From IMG/VR virus record IMGVR_UViG_3300045988_174992: a stretch of 64,000 nt of DNA. One strand, given 5' to 3'. The notes under the pieces were generated by a model. It did not search any database. It was not told the DNA's origin and saw only the letters and a program-made list of their open reading frames with translations. Positions 52,901 through 61,344 of the stretch are shown here, one piece after another (position 1 is the stretch's first letter; the number at the start of each line of letters is the position of its first letter). Position numbers and translations under genes: made by a program. The DNA is from a virus.

Positions 52901-55900
52901 AACATCATGGGTATTGGTAGAGAGTCATTCAATGGTACAGATACTTCTACAATACTTTGGAATGCTTATTTTGGAGTTGCTCATGATACCGATGACAAAT
53001 CAAGACTTAAGATAGGTAGTGGTAATGTCAATCCAAACCTTGGTACTACAACAATGGTACATAATCCATCTCAAGGTAAGCTTACACCAATGGATACATT
53101 TGATATTGACATGTCATATACTAATATCAATGGTGATGTGAATGTCAAAGGTCATTTGTTTACAAACAATGCATCTTGGGAAGCTCATTATGTGAATGGA
53201 GACAATAAGAAGTTATGTGCATACAGTACTATTGTAACACCTATAGGTAATCACAGATCAGCTAGGGTCAGTATGAGTGATTTTGATACTACTGGAGATA
53301 ACAGTTTGTTCAAATCTTATTCAAATGAGAATATAAGTGCAGAAAATTACTTGTTCCATACTTTAACTGTAACAGGTGACGGAAAGAATAATAGATATAA
53401 TACAAGATATTATCATGAATACCCTCATAATTATAATGTTTCTTACTTGAATCTTACAAAGTTGTTGGAAGAAAATCATGTGATTACTGATTTTGGAAGC
53501 ATATTCTTAGGAGATGCTTCTAGAATATCTAAACGTTATAAGAAGAATGATGATATTGAAAATGTAATTGATTTAATAAAGATACAAAATGGATCTCATG
53601 GTGTATTCTGTACTTTGTATGATTTAGTGATATTGAATCAAGGAAACATATCAAGTGGCGCAGGAAATCCAAATGAAGAATGGTACAACTGGTTGCTTGA
53701 CAATTATGGTGATGAAAATAAATTAGGTAAACTTCAAAACTTGCTAAATGATTATAAAAAATATATAAAGATTAATCCTTATGGTAACAAGTATAAGTTG
53801 ATTGGCAATGAAGAATGTGTACTTTGTGTGAAAAACAGAACATCTGCCGATGAACCAGTAGAAGAAAAATGGATGAAGATACCAGAAGCAGGTTGGTCAA
53901 AGAAGATAACTGATGAACCTTATATATCTACAGAAGGATTGCCATTATATGAATCAGCTAACTATCTTGAACTAAGTACATATTTATCAGATACAGAAAA
54001 CAGTATTGGAAAAGATCTTTTTGTTGGAAATCCAGTAGCAATTTCTTATGTTGATGTTCCAGGATCTTATACTGGTACTTTTGATGTAGCTTCAGTAAAG
54101 AGAATATATACTTATGCTTATGTTGGTGATGGTAAGCATATTGGTGATAGTAAGTATTGTGGAGAAAAAGATCCAAATTATAAGTATGAGTTGAAATATG
54201 AGAATGGCAAATATATCTTACCAGATGATTTTGATAAATATTCTTATAATGAAATATGGACATGTGATGGATGTGAGAAATGCTCACAATATTCATGTAA
54301 TATGATAGAAACATGTACAAAATCTAAGGTACAAGGATCTTATTTATTGAGTTATGGTAGTTTTATTTGTACTAATAATGAAAATCCAGTGGCTTACATG
54401 AATGAGAAAACTCCGGTATATCGTAGACGGGTAGAAAGATATAATACAGATGAATCTGGTAATTCTTACAAGTATGTTACTTATTCATATTATCCATCTT
54501 ATGAATCTATTCCAGTATCTGAAATATCAGTAGATGGTAAAACAACATTACTTGATATTCTTACCATAGGAGAAGAAAATGGAATCAAATATGTTCTTGA
54601 TAAAAACCAACATGTGGTAAAATATGACAATAATGATGATATATTAGCATCTTATGTATACGTAGGAAGAAACATATTATGCCCTACTCAAGAGGAATAC
54701 ATACATGAATATTCACCTAAGTTGCCACAAGGATATTCAATGTCATATTCTATTGGATCCCAACAAGTAATAGTAAATCCAAATGATGGAAATGAAACAT
54801 ATTTCATCGGCATAAAAGAAGCAAACACATATTGGAAAGTACCTAACAGATATAATATAGAAGGTAAAGGAAAATATAGTGGTTGGAAGATGATGACAGA
54901 ATTACCTGATGAATATGACAAATCAAGTAAGTTCTCATATTATAATGAAGTAATAGTAAAGCAAGAATATAGCTTATCTTATCGTTATATCAATGTAAGA
55001 GAATTGTTGTCTAACAACACAATACCTCAGTTCTATGATAATTATGAAAAAGATTACAATAAGTTTGCAAGCATAAACATTCAACCAGATAAGCCAATTC
55101 CATCAGAACCAGATAAATCTTTAACAGATATATATCACAAAGAACAACCTGATGAAAATAAGAATAAACCATCTGGTAAGCTACGTGTAAGAGTTTGCGA
55201 ATTATATAATACATATAATGGTGGATCGTATAATGATGCACAAATAAAAGATTTATTGAATAAAGAACATCAATTATATAAAGTAAACTGGTCTAATACA
55301 ACAGGTAATACATACGAGGGTAATTATGAAGGTTTAGAATATGAAGGATTAGAAGATATATATGTACATTGTTATGATAAGATTTATGATAAAGTGTATA
55401 AGATAGATGGTAATGAATGGGTATATGATGAGGAAGCAACAATAGCTGAAGATAAAACATATCAAGTAGAACCTTGTCAACCAAAGATATCAGTTGATAA
55501 ATATTCTGATTTATCGAAGTATACATTTACATTAACAGAAACTGATGATAATTCTAATGTTTATAAGTTGGGATGGAATGTTACAGAAGATATGTTGAAA
55601 ACTTTCAAAGAATCTGTATCAGGAAATATAGTCATATCCAATGAGGATCAACAAAAGATAACTATTAAGTTGAAAGGTACATATACTCCTAAAGAATCTG
55701 TAAGATATACATTTACAGTTTGGTCAACCAGAGATGATGGTAATGTTTCCGTATATGCAGATGGATCTATGTATGGAGATGTAATTAGATTCGTATATGA
55801 AGAGGATGATGATTCTGAAAGATTCTATAATGTAACTTCATATTATGAAAATCTTGTCGATTGGCAAAATACATCTGGTCTTAAATATTGGGTAGGATGT

Positions 55901-56146
55901 ACAGCGTTGAAATATGATGAAGATCATCCTGATGGACAACGTTCTACATATTTTGAATCTATACTTGAAAATATTTCTGACAATAATACAACAAAGAGAT
56001 ATAGAGTACATCAAACCACTGAAGCTAAGAAAGTTACTTCTAAAATAACGGAGTCTTGGGGGATAACTCCTAATAAGCAACCAGATGGAGAAAATAGATG
56101 TGCAGTTATAATTTTTTTAAGAAAAGGAGTAGAGATACCTGCATAG
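49952..56146 (+). CDS. giant protein 2 (2064 aa), function unknown
   Basis: 6.2-kb uninterrupted ORF, 46 nt after giant protein 1. Contains a Cys cluster, WTCDGCEKCSQYSCNMIETC. Confidence 0.7.
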   Translation: MSIININSFESRVSNANYLSNYTDPYLKQSLANLGQRLSTKGDSIKNDSFIISDLFPNYLGDFNQSNIAAEFTWTKSSNSIVGKIVEVDAEENSDKSGTRVPVGYDETNSNINGNANSQFTIESSNNILKNITKDQYGSEIYLNDSTGINGSSYWHRNSAIIARTHDKNIGKDVLIYKVVGHHDSGKYGPYDNEYICEEITVDGEFVDGFRVFMSNESNLMLPEDATLSNDPSTEINPNEYEKLVLIRLKKNPNYYITNTNNEHKWLLEAYKCNSTKIDLGDFTRVDSVNYDYEDDLWKKISDTYDANGSLTPSELIDSLCNLMTENTYVFTDDGSPLFTKKYTLQVDENTETNVGWSVASFSPISNNEICNSVGVGEWYMDDQDDQTMIEEKLEYFVNDASQLFPMVLSVYDDIMYRDSTNIKIKRQIIAQLLLSAKEEASTQYGAKSVEVEDSYSIIMPLDFVVNFTYNSNDSSIIYNSLSSLQVNFIQLGTDKKPGKGIFKYLQKICNYTDADNEQVILAHGTEQKTILYDFIISYVNDNIISSIDWYQSFIVPYIGTDGYWIINGVKTDQYARAISSNGSGIIIKQDTYPNNFDPNSSIIYGPETVKNWDKSNWELKEFAANYMDSNSNVGGDSVVSVYAWVPSSEWLNTISTTDDYSYISNSLLVCSSYIDTMEKDSTENKYICKYDTYSDTWNTYLTTYSFEGTNYRFFKNEDILNNSYIYRIDKKATSLSYLLGKDTLVTSFWTCYEYEDNGVKKHEMTYLKRPGGIAALDLSYMMSLENMIAHYANAQYSPDNYQHRWVVFSKVNNDLKNNSHDSSNAVYPVIRNHNSDYFTAITGSYSRSLGNSVEKDVEQYKNNLNFSIEFTDSIQGKIEGTENTYDNRHFDINDEVVVTRTPISYISIDSVGNKVVKVDSEATYKRYGTIPKSIPYTKYPKEYIPNSIYNANDDVSSTDSYQYPIFDLGEVLAKNLTTLNRYNIMGIGRESFNGTDTSTILWNAYFGVAHDTDDKSRLKIGSGNVNPNLGTTTMVHNPSQGKLTPMDTFDIDMSYTNINGDVNVKGHLFTNNASWEAHYVNGDNKKLCAYSTIVTPIGNHRSARVSMSDFDTTGDNSLFKSYSNENISAENYLFHTLTVTGDGKNNRYNTRYYHEYPHNYNVSYLNLTKLLEENHVITDFGSIFLGDASRISKRYKKNDDIENVIDLIKIQNGSHGVFCTLYDLVILNQGNISSGAGNPNEEWYNWLLDNYGDENKLGKLQNLLNDYKKYIKINPYGNKYKLIGNEECVLCVKNRTSADEPVEEKWMKIPEAGWSKKITDEPYISTEGLPLYESANYLELSTYLSDTENSIGKDLFVGNPVAISYVDVPGSYTGTFDVASVKRIYTYAYVGDGKHIGDSKYCGEKDPNYKYELKYENGKYILPDDFDKYSYNEIWTCDGCEKCSQYSCNMIETCTKSKVQGSYLLSYGSFICTNNENPVAYMNEKTPVYRRRVERYNTDESGNSYKYVTYSYYPSYESIPVSEISVDGKTTLLDILTIGEENGIKYVLDKNQHVVKYDNNDDILASYVYVGRNILCPTQEEYIHEYSPKLPQGYSMSYSIGSQQVIVNPNDGNETYFIGIKEANTYWKVPNRYNIEGKGKYSGWKMMTELPDEYDKSSKFSYYNEVIVKQEYSLSYRYINVRELLSNNTIPQFYDNYEKDYNKFASINIQPDKPIPSEPDKSLTDIYHKEQPDENKNKPSGKLRVRVCELYNTYNGGSYNDAQIKDLLNKEHQLYKVNWSNTTGNTYEGNYEGLEYEGLEDIYVHCYDKIYDKVYKIDGNEWVYDEEATIAEDKTYQVEPCQPKISVDKYSDLSKYTFTLTETDDNSNVYKLGWNVTEDMLKTFKESVSGNIVISNEDQQKITIKLKGTYTPKESVRYTFTVWSTRDDGNVSVYADGSMYGDVIRFVYEEDDDSERFYNVTSYYENLVDWQNTSGLKYWVGCTALKYDEDHPDGQRSTYFESILENISDNNTTKRYRVHQTTEAKKVTSKITESWGITPNKQPDGENRCAVIIFLRKGVEIPA

Positions 56147-56167
56147 AAAGTTAACTTATATATATAA

Positions 56168-56704
56168 ATGAATAATCAAGATAAGATAATTGTTGTAACT
56201 TATGACAATCAGAAGAAAGTAGATGTTCTGGCTACTTTGAACACTTTGAATGAAGAAATCAAGGTGGCCAGAACTTTCAGTACTGATATCCTAAAAAAGG
56301 ATTCGGATATAAAGGAATGGAAATACTATATGGATAATGATGATTTGTATTTAGCATTCAAGAATAATGCATTGTTATGTGTACATACTGATGATAACCA
56401 AATATCAGAAGGTATAACAAAAGAAGAAATGGCAAATTCAAATATAATTCCAACGACTTTTGATATGTTCAATACAATATCAAGCAGATATATTAAAGGA
56501 ATTACTATTTGTTGGATAGATTCTTCTATCATAAAAGATAAGAGAATGATGCATGAAGTGAATGACTTTATGAAGTCTTCCAAACAATATAATATGCTTT
56601 ATTTTGGAAAAGAAGATGATTATACTACTATAGCAAATTGTATTTCTAAATATCTTAAATCTGATTTAGAAGGTAGAAAAGAACTATTAAGAGAATACAA
56701 TTAA
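56168..56704 (+). CDS. hypothetical protein (178 aa)
   Basis: ORF track. Confidence 0.55.
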   Translation: MNNQDKIIVVTYDNQKKVDVLATLNTLNEEIKVARTFSTDILKKDSDIKEWKYYMDNDDLYLAFKNNALLCVHTDDNQISEGITKEEMANSNIIPTTFDMFNTISSRYIKGITICWIDSSIIKDKRMMHEVNDFMKSSKQYNMLYFGKEDDYTTIANCISKYLKSDLEGRKELLREYN

Positions 56705-56800
56705 TTTAACTTTAATTAACATTATTTAAGTTAAATAATTTGTAATGAATAATAATGAATTTCTATATTTTATTGTAAAAATACATGTATTTATAAATAA

Positions 56801-57646
56801 ATGAATAATATGCCAAATAACTATTCACCTATTGGTGGTGGAGGTTTTTGTATGGACATGCCAGGTGGTCCTGGTGCACCAGAAATAAAAGGTACTTGGA
56901 TATCTAAGAAGACTGGTGCTGAAGTACAAGTAAGAGATTGCATTATTGCAGAAAATGGAATGTCAGTAATGCTTTCTGATGGTCGTATGATTGACATGAA
57001 CGAATTCAGTACAGAATTCTATCAGATTTCCGATGATATCTATGATTCAAATGGAAATATCATTGGTAAGGCTGATGGAAATAATCCAGTTCCTGTACCT
57101 CCTTACAATCCAGGTCCTGGTGATTGTCAACCACCACACCATTATCATCCATTGCCACCACCTCCACCTGATTGTGGATGTCATGATGATTGTAGATGTC
57201 ATGATAAGCCAATGCCACCACTTCCACCACTTCCACCTCATCACCATCATCCGGTACCACCATGTCCACCTAAGCCACGTCCTGAATGTCATGTAGATGT
57301 TGAGAAAAGACACATGAATATGGTAACTGATGTATTCAGTAAAGTAAATCCAGCACCTGAAATAACTTGTGGTACAACATTAGTTATGAAAAATGCTCCA
57401 TTAAGTCAGTTGCAGATGCTTATTGATATTTTTGGTGTTCATATTGAAGATATAGCTATCTATTTATATCAGAATTATTATACACCAGAAAAGGTAATTT
57501 CTTATCTTAAGAAAGTATTGACTGAAACATACAAGCTAAAAGAACCTGTTATTCAAGAGCCAACTAACCCTGATACTGATGGTACAACTGATGGTACAAC
57601 TGATGGTACAACTGATGGTACATCTGGGAAAGGTTATGGAATATAA
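56801..57646 (+). CDS. Pro/His/Cys-rich protein with C-terminal (TDGT)4 repeat (281 aa)
   Basis: PVPVPPYNPGPGDCQPPHHYHPLPPPPPDCGCHDDCRCHDKPMPPLPPLPPHHHHPVPPCPPKPRPECH. Confidence 0.6.
   Translation: MNNMPNNYSPIGGGGFCMDMPGGPGAPEIKGTWISKKTGAEVQVRDCIIAENGMSVMLSDGRMIDMNEFSTEFYQISDDIYDSNGNIIGKADGNNPVPVPPYNPGPGDCQPPHHYHPLPPPPPDCGCHDDCRCHDKPMPPLPPLPPHHHHPVPPCPPKPRPECHVDVEKRHMNMVTDVFSKVNPAPEITCGTTLVMKNAPLSQLQMLIDIFGVHIEDIAIYLYQNYYTPEKVISYLKKVLTETYKLKEPVIQEPTNPDTDGTTDGTTDGTTDGTSGKGYGI
57575..57622 (+). repeat. perfect 12-nt x4 tandem repeat (actgatggtaca) encoding TDGT x4
   Basis: Read directly from the sequence. Confidence 0.9.
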
Positions 57647-57666
57647 ATTAATGTTTAATTTTTAAA

Positions 57667-57933
57667 ATGGAATTTAACAATGATAAAATATTTGAAACTA
57701 AAGAATGTAAAGACTTCGTAAAGAGAGTAGTAAACTATGATTCTAGTATAATTAAAACAAGTTCTTTCTTAAAAGAGAATTTTAATGTTGATCTTGAACT
57801 TACAGAAAATGGTGATATTACATTAAAAGCAGGAGATGGCTGTGTAAATGAATCACAATCTCTTTTGGATGCAAAGGAATATGTCAAGAACAACTTGGAT
57901 CCAGATTATTACAATGAAGTACTGTTTATTTAA
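57667..57933 (+). CDS. hypothetical 88-aa protein
   Basis: ORF track; followed by a strong terminator. Confidence 0.55.
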   Translation: MEFNNDKIFETKECKDFVKRVVNYDSSIIKTSSFLKENFNVDLELTENGDITLKAGDGCVNESQSLLDAKEYVKNNLDPDYYNEVLFI

Positions 57934-57941
57934 AACAATAT

Positions 57942-57970
57942 GAGCTCTGATTTAAATCAGAGCTCTTTTT
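57942..57970 (+). terminator. intrinsic terminator at the convergence point
   Basis: GAGCTCTGATTT/AAATCAGAGCTC followed by TTTTT. Confidence 0.8.
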
Positions 57971-57985
57971 GTAAATATAAAAATA

Positions 57986-58079
57986 TTCACACAGGAACGT
58001 TTAAATTGTCTTAGCTGATAGAACATACTGAAGTATATTTTTACGCTACCTGTGTGACCCAGGCGCTTAACAGGGGAAC
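57986..58079. ncRNA. conserved 94-nt structured element, copy 2
   Basis: 88 percent identical to 26485..26578. It starts 28 nt 3' of the stop of minus-strand gene 58107..58778. Confidence 0.5.
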
Positions 58080-58106
58080 CTAGGGAATTTAACTTAAGTT
58101 CTTGAA

Positions 58107-58778
58107 CTAATCACCAAGCCATTTCCAATATTTGAAAAAGAGATTCATTCCTTCTTCATAATCTTCATGGTCTTTTAATATTTTTTCTAATTCATCTGGT
58201 TTGTCATCTCCATGCAACAAATTTATTGTTCTTAAATCTTCAATGCAATCATTGTCGCAATTGATATACAAACGGAATGCCTTACAAATCTTTTCAAGAA
58301 TCTCTTTCCACTCATATTCATTCTTTAAGAAACCAGGATACCCAGCGAAAGTTTTCTTCAATCTTTCAATACGTGGAAGAACGAACTTTGCAATAGTAAG
58401 GTCAAGATTCCACACTTCAGAATCATCAAATCCACATTCCAATCTCTGTTTTGTAAACTTATCCCATTTTGGATGATCTGGACTAATTAATGAAAAGTTT
58501 ACATTATTGATACCATAAGGATCCTTAGATTCAAGCTTTGGAAGATTACCAGTATATTTGAACCAACCATTTTCATCATCAAATTTGAAGTGCATGATAC
58601 CAATACGTGCATCACCACCTTTTACGGTATTGATATAATCAGATGTCCAATTAGGAGCACTAGTACTTTTCTTCCATTCAACAATATTCTTAATTTCAAA
58701 ATTGAAACTACCTACTGTTACAATACCACCGTAATTGAAAAATTCATCAGGGTATAATTCATCGTATATTACTTTCAT
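58107..58778 (-). CDS. hypothetical protein (223 aa)
   Basis: ORF track. Confidence 0.6.
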   Translation of the reverse strand: MKVIYDELYPDEFFNYGGIVTVGSFNFEIKNIVEWKKSTSAPNWTSDYINTVKGGDARIGIMHFKFDDENGWFKYTGNLPKLESKDPYGINNVNFSLISPDHPKWDKFTKQRLECGFDDSEVWNLDLTIAKFVLPRIERLKKTFAGYPGFLKNEYEWKEILEKICKAFRLYINCDNDCIEDLRTINLLHGDDKPDELEKILKDHEDYEEGMNLFFKYWKWLGD

Positions 58779-58784
58779 ATTCTT

Positions 58785-59009
58785 TTAATCTGATATTTTA
58801 ATTACTTGTTCTGGTAATCTCTGAACAACCTTATCATTCATATAACGATAACTCTTAGGAGCATCGAAAATAATGCATTTCATTCTTTTAAATGTAATAC
58901 CAATTACTTTGGCATGAAAAAGATTATTGCTATCTGTATGGCCAACTAATACTATATCACCAATTCTTACTTCTTTACCAGCAATATCTGTTGTAACCAA
59001 TGTTTCCAT
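58785..59009 (-). CDS. small beta-barrel-like protein (74 aa), paralog of the N-terminal part of 59020..59412
   Basis: IGDIVLVGH...LFHAKVIGITFKRMKCIIF compares with IYDLVLISH...LLRCMVVKIMAKTVKVVVL. Confidence 0.5.
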   Translation of the reverse strand: METLVTTDIAGKEVRIGDIVLVGHTDSNNLFHAKVIGITFKRMKCIIFDAPKSYRYMNDKVVQRLPEQVIKISD

Positions 59010-59019
59010 GTTTTTAAAA

Positions 59020-59412
59020 TTAATGATAATTCAAATTCTTTCTGTTAACCCAAAGATTAGGATCACCAACTTTAACATCTGTAAGTTCTACAGCTACTGC
59101 TTCTTCTGTTTCAGATAAATCACAAGGAACTTCAGTATGTCCAATCTTTACTATTTCTTCTGGCTTTCTGTTGAAACCAATTTTTGACTTATACACATTT
59201 CCATGCCATTTACCATCACCTACATCAGCCATGGTTTTCTGACAATATTGAGCTGTTTCGTTCTCTAATTCAGATTCAGGAAGTACAACAACTTTTACTG
59301 TCTTAGCCATAATCTTTACAACCATACATCTGAGCAATACAGAAGTCTTAGGATGAGAAATCAATACTAAGTCATAAATATTTAAAGGTTGATTTAATCT
59401 ATCTGTCATCAT
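59020..59412 (-). CDS. hypothetical protein (130 aa) with the same small beta-barrel-like N-domain
   Basis: ORF track; paralogy as above. Confidence 0.55.
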   Translation of the reverse strand: MMTDRLNQPLNIYDLVLISHPKTSVLLRCMVVKIMAKTVKVVVLPESELENETAQYCQKTMADVGDGKWHGNVYKSKIGFNRKPEEIVKIGHTEVPCDLSETEEAVAVELTDVKVGDPNLWVNRKNLNYH

Positions 59413-59428
59413 AATTATAAAATTTTAA

Positions 59429-59803
59429 TTAGTCACACATATTCCATTTATCTAACATTTCAGCTTTCTTATTGATGTAATCATTAGTTTCATCAATAAA
59501 CTTCTGATTTAATTCATCATCATCAAAAACTGGCCACCAAGTATTGAAATCTTCAAGCTTAAACCCAATAAGATGATCCTGATATTTTTCTGGTACTCTA
59601 TTAATGAAATGCTCAATAACAAATTCATCATAAGGATCTTCCAACCAAGTTAATGGATAAAGAGAACAAACATCATTACATTCAAACTTAATCTTAAGCA
59701 TGATTGAAGAAACATCACTAAGATGATTTTCTTTTGTTAGTTCAACATTAATCATGTTGATAATTGAACTCTTTATTTTTTCCAAATTATTCATATTTAT
59801 CAT
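59429..59803 (-). CDS. hypothetical protein (124 aa)
   Basis: ORF track; promoter copy G lies upstream. Confidence 0.55.
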   Translation of the reverse strand: MINMNNLEKIKSSIINMINVELTKENHLSDVSSIMLKIKFECNDVCSLYPLTWLEDPYDEFVIEHFINRVPEKYQDHLIGFKLEDFNTWWPVFDDDELNQKFIDETNDYINKKAEMLDKWNMCD

Positions 59804-59844
59804 TATAAATTAAATTGGTTCTACATTAATTATTTAACATAACT

Positions 59845-59873
59845 AATATAGAACCAATCCTTAAAATTTCAAA
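59845..59873 (-). promoter_or_regulatory. minus-strand promoter motif copy G
   Basis: Plus strand reads AATATAGAAC-caatccttaaa-ATTTCAAA. Confidence 0.65.
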
Positions 59874-59890
59874 ATTTATTTAAATTTTTC

Positions 59891-60961
59891 TTAAATTTCT
59901 TCAAGAACATCATAAACATCATTCTTTTCAGCTTGGATCTTCTGTTCTGCTAAACTCAAATCCTTATTGATTACAGGAATAGGATATTTTGCCATTTTCT
60001 CAAGAATTTCATCAGGATACTGACTTGGATCCAACCATACCAATTTTTCATTGTAAAAGAAATGCTCAATAATTTCATCTAATGTTGACATGGCTTTATC
60101 TTTCCATGTTTTCTTATTCAACAAATCTTCAAAATAAGCATTCACTTCATCAAGTCTTGTGATATCAAGAGACAAATCTAATTCCTTCTGACTTACTCTG
60201 AACATCTTATCAGAACTTGGATTCTTAGCTTTCTTATATACAACAGGTAAAATATTATCTCCTAAATCTCCTCTAATAGTCTTATCTATTACAATATCCA
60301 TAGGATGAATTTCTTCAACCTTCTTTGCTTTCATACAAAGGGTTTCTAATAATTTCTGATTCTCATTTGAATCATAACTATTGAAGAAGAAATCCATTTC
60401 ATTATCAGATGTATGGTCAATAGATTCAATTACAATAGAATCTTTTTTCCAACAAGCAGTAAAGCATTTAGATTTTGAATCAATTTTAACTAATTGTGTC
60501 AAATCTCTATCAGCAGACCAAATAAGACAATTAGTATTTTTACTGTTCAACAACTTACTCCAATAAGCACACCAATCATCTCCTTCTACACCTTTCTCTC
60601 TTGAAACACATACTCCTGTATCTTTCAATACATCAATAAATTCATCGTATCCTTTGAATATTTTGTCCCAATCAAGATCTTTATCTTTTTCTCTATTACC
60701 TTTATATGTAATATGTTCTTTCTTCAGAAATTCTGGAATACTTATCTTATTTCTCCATGATCCACCATCTGCAACAAAAATCACATTGTCAATCTGTGGA
60801 ATATCTCGAAGCAATTTGTTTATTGACTTAATCATCATCAACTTTACTTCCTTAACTAAAGTATCTTCATCTTTAATTCTCATTCTAAGAATTGAAAGAC
60901 GGCTCATTAACAACCAGTTACCATCAATAACGATGGTCATAATAGATTTCTTATTCGACAT
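59891..60961 (-). CDS. 5'-3' exonuclease / flap endonuclease (FEN, T4 RNase H-like)
   Basis: VIDGNWLLMSR; FVADGGSWRN...YKGNRE; VEGDDWCAYW; IWSADRDLTQLV; RGDLGDNILPV (the GD.sDNIpGV helix-hairpin motif). Confidence 0.85.
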   Translation of the reverse strand: MSNKKSIMTIVIDGNWLLMSRLSILRMRIKDEDTLVKEVKLMMIKSINKLLRDIPQIDNVIFVADGGSWRNKISIPEFLKKEHITYKGNREKDKDLDWDKIFKGYDEFIDVLKDTGVCVSREKGVEGDDWCAYWSKLLNSKNTNCLIWSADRDLTQLVKIDSKSKCFTACWKKDSIVIESIDHTSDNEMDFFFNSYDSNENQKLLETLCMKAKKVEEIHPMDIVIDKTIRGDLGDNILPVVYKKAKNPSSDKMFRVSQKELDLSLDITRLDEVNAYFEDLLNKKTWKDKAMSTLDEIIEHFFYNEKLVWLDPSQYPDEILEKMAKYPIPVINKDLSLAEQKIQAEKNDVYDVLEEI

Positions 60962-60998
60962 AGTCTACTACATTTAATTTATTTGTTTGTACTTTATA

Positions 60999-61027
60999 AA
61001 TATAGTAAACTTTATATAAATTTCAAA
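60999..61027 (-). promoter_or_regulatory. minus-strand promoter motif copy H
   Basis: Plus strand reads AATATAGTAA-actttatataa-ATTTCAAA, immediately downstream (minus sense) of a terminator. Confidence 0.6.
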
Positions 61028-61058
61028 CAAAAAATGCAGGATCTTTTGAATCCTGCAT
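61027..61058 (-). terminator. minus-strand intrinsic terminator
   Basis: ATGCAGGAT-7 nt-ATCCTGCAT is followed on the minus strand by TTTTTGT. Confidence 0.7.
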
Positions 61059-61088
61059 CTGTGTTTAATAAAATTAGTTAAACTAATT

Positions 61089-61250
61089 CTACTTTGCTAC
61101 AACGGCTGAGTCAACTGTTACAGAATCGGCAACAGTGTCAACAACTACTGTATCTGAGTCATTTACAGATGCAGTTGACTTAGTTGAATTGCCACAAGAA
61201 GCAAAACTAATTGCCACAATAGCGGCAAATACTACCAAAATCTTTTTCAT
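61089..61250 (-). CDS. 53-aa lipoprotein candidate MKKILVVFAAIVAISFASCGNSTKS...
   Basis: Hand-found, below the track cutoff. Signal peptide plus lipobox-like SFASC; TAG stop. Confidence 0.5.
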   Translation of the reverse strand: MKKILVVFAAIVAISFASCGNSTKSTASVNDSDTVVVDTVADSVTVDSAVVAK

Positions 61251-61344
61251 TTTCTTTTAAATTTATATTGTTATTAATTATGTTATTGTGAAACGAATGT
61301 TATATCGTTTCAAGATTAATAATAGAATATTTCTATTAAAAAGT

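Noticed and set aside
45028-56146. crAss-like virion RNA polymerase in the giant ORFs, and crAss-like classification of the phage
   Set aside because: No DxDGD-type catalytic motif was found. The portal and terminase align convincingly to T4 gp20 and gp17 from memory, so no family-level claim is made.
57033-57313. Alternative-frame and antisense ORFs in the proline-rich region
   Set aside because: The CCA/CCT-rich repeats keep several frames open. Only the 281-aa frame extends through the flanking non-repetitive sequence with a proper start and stop.
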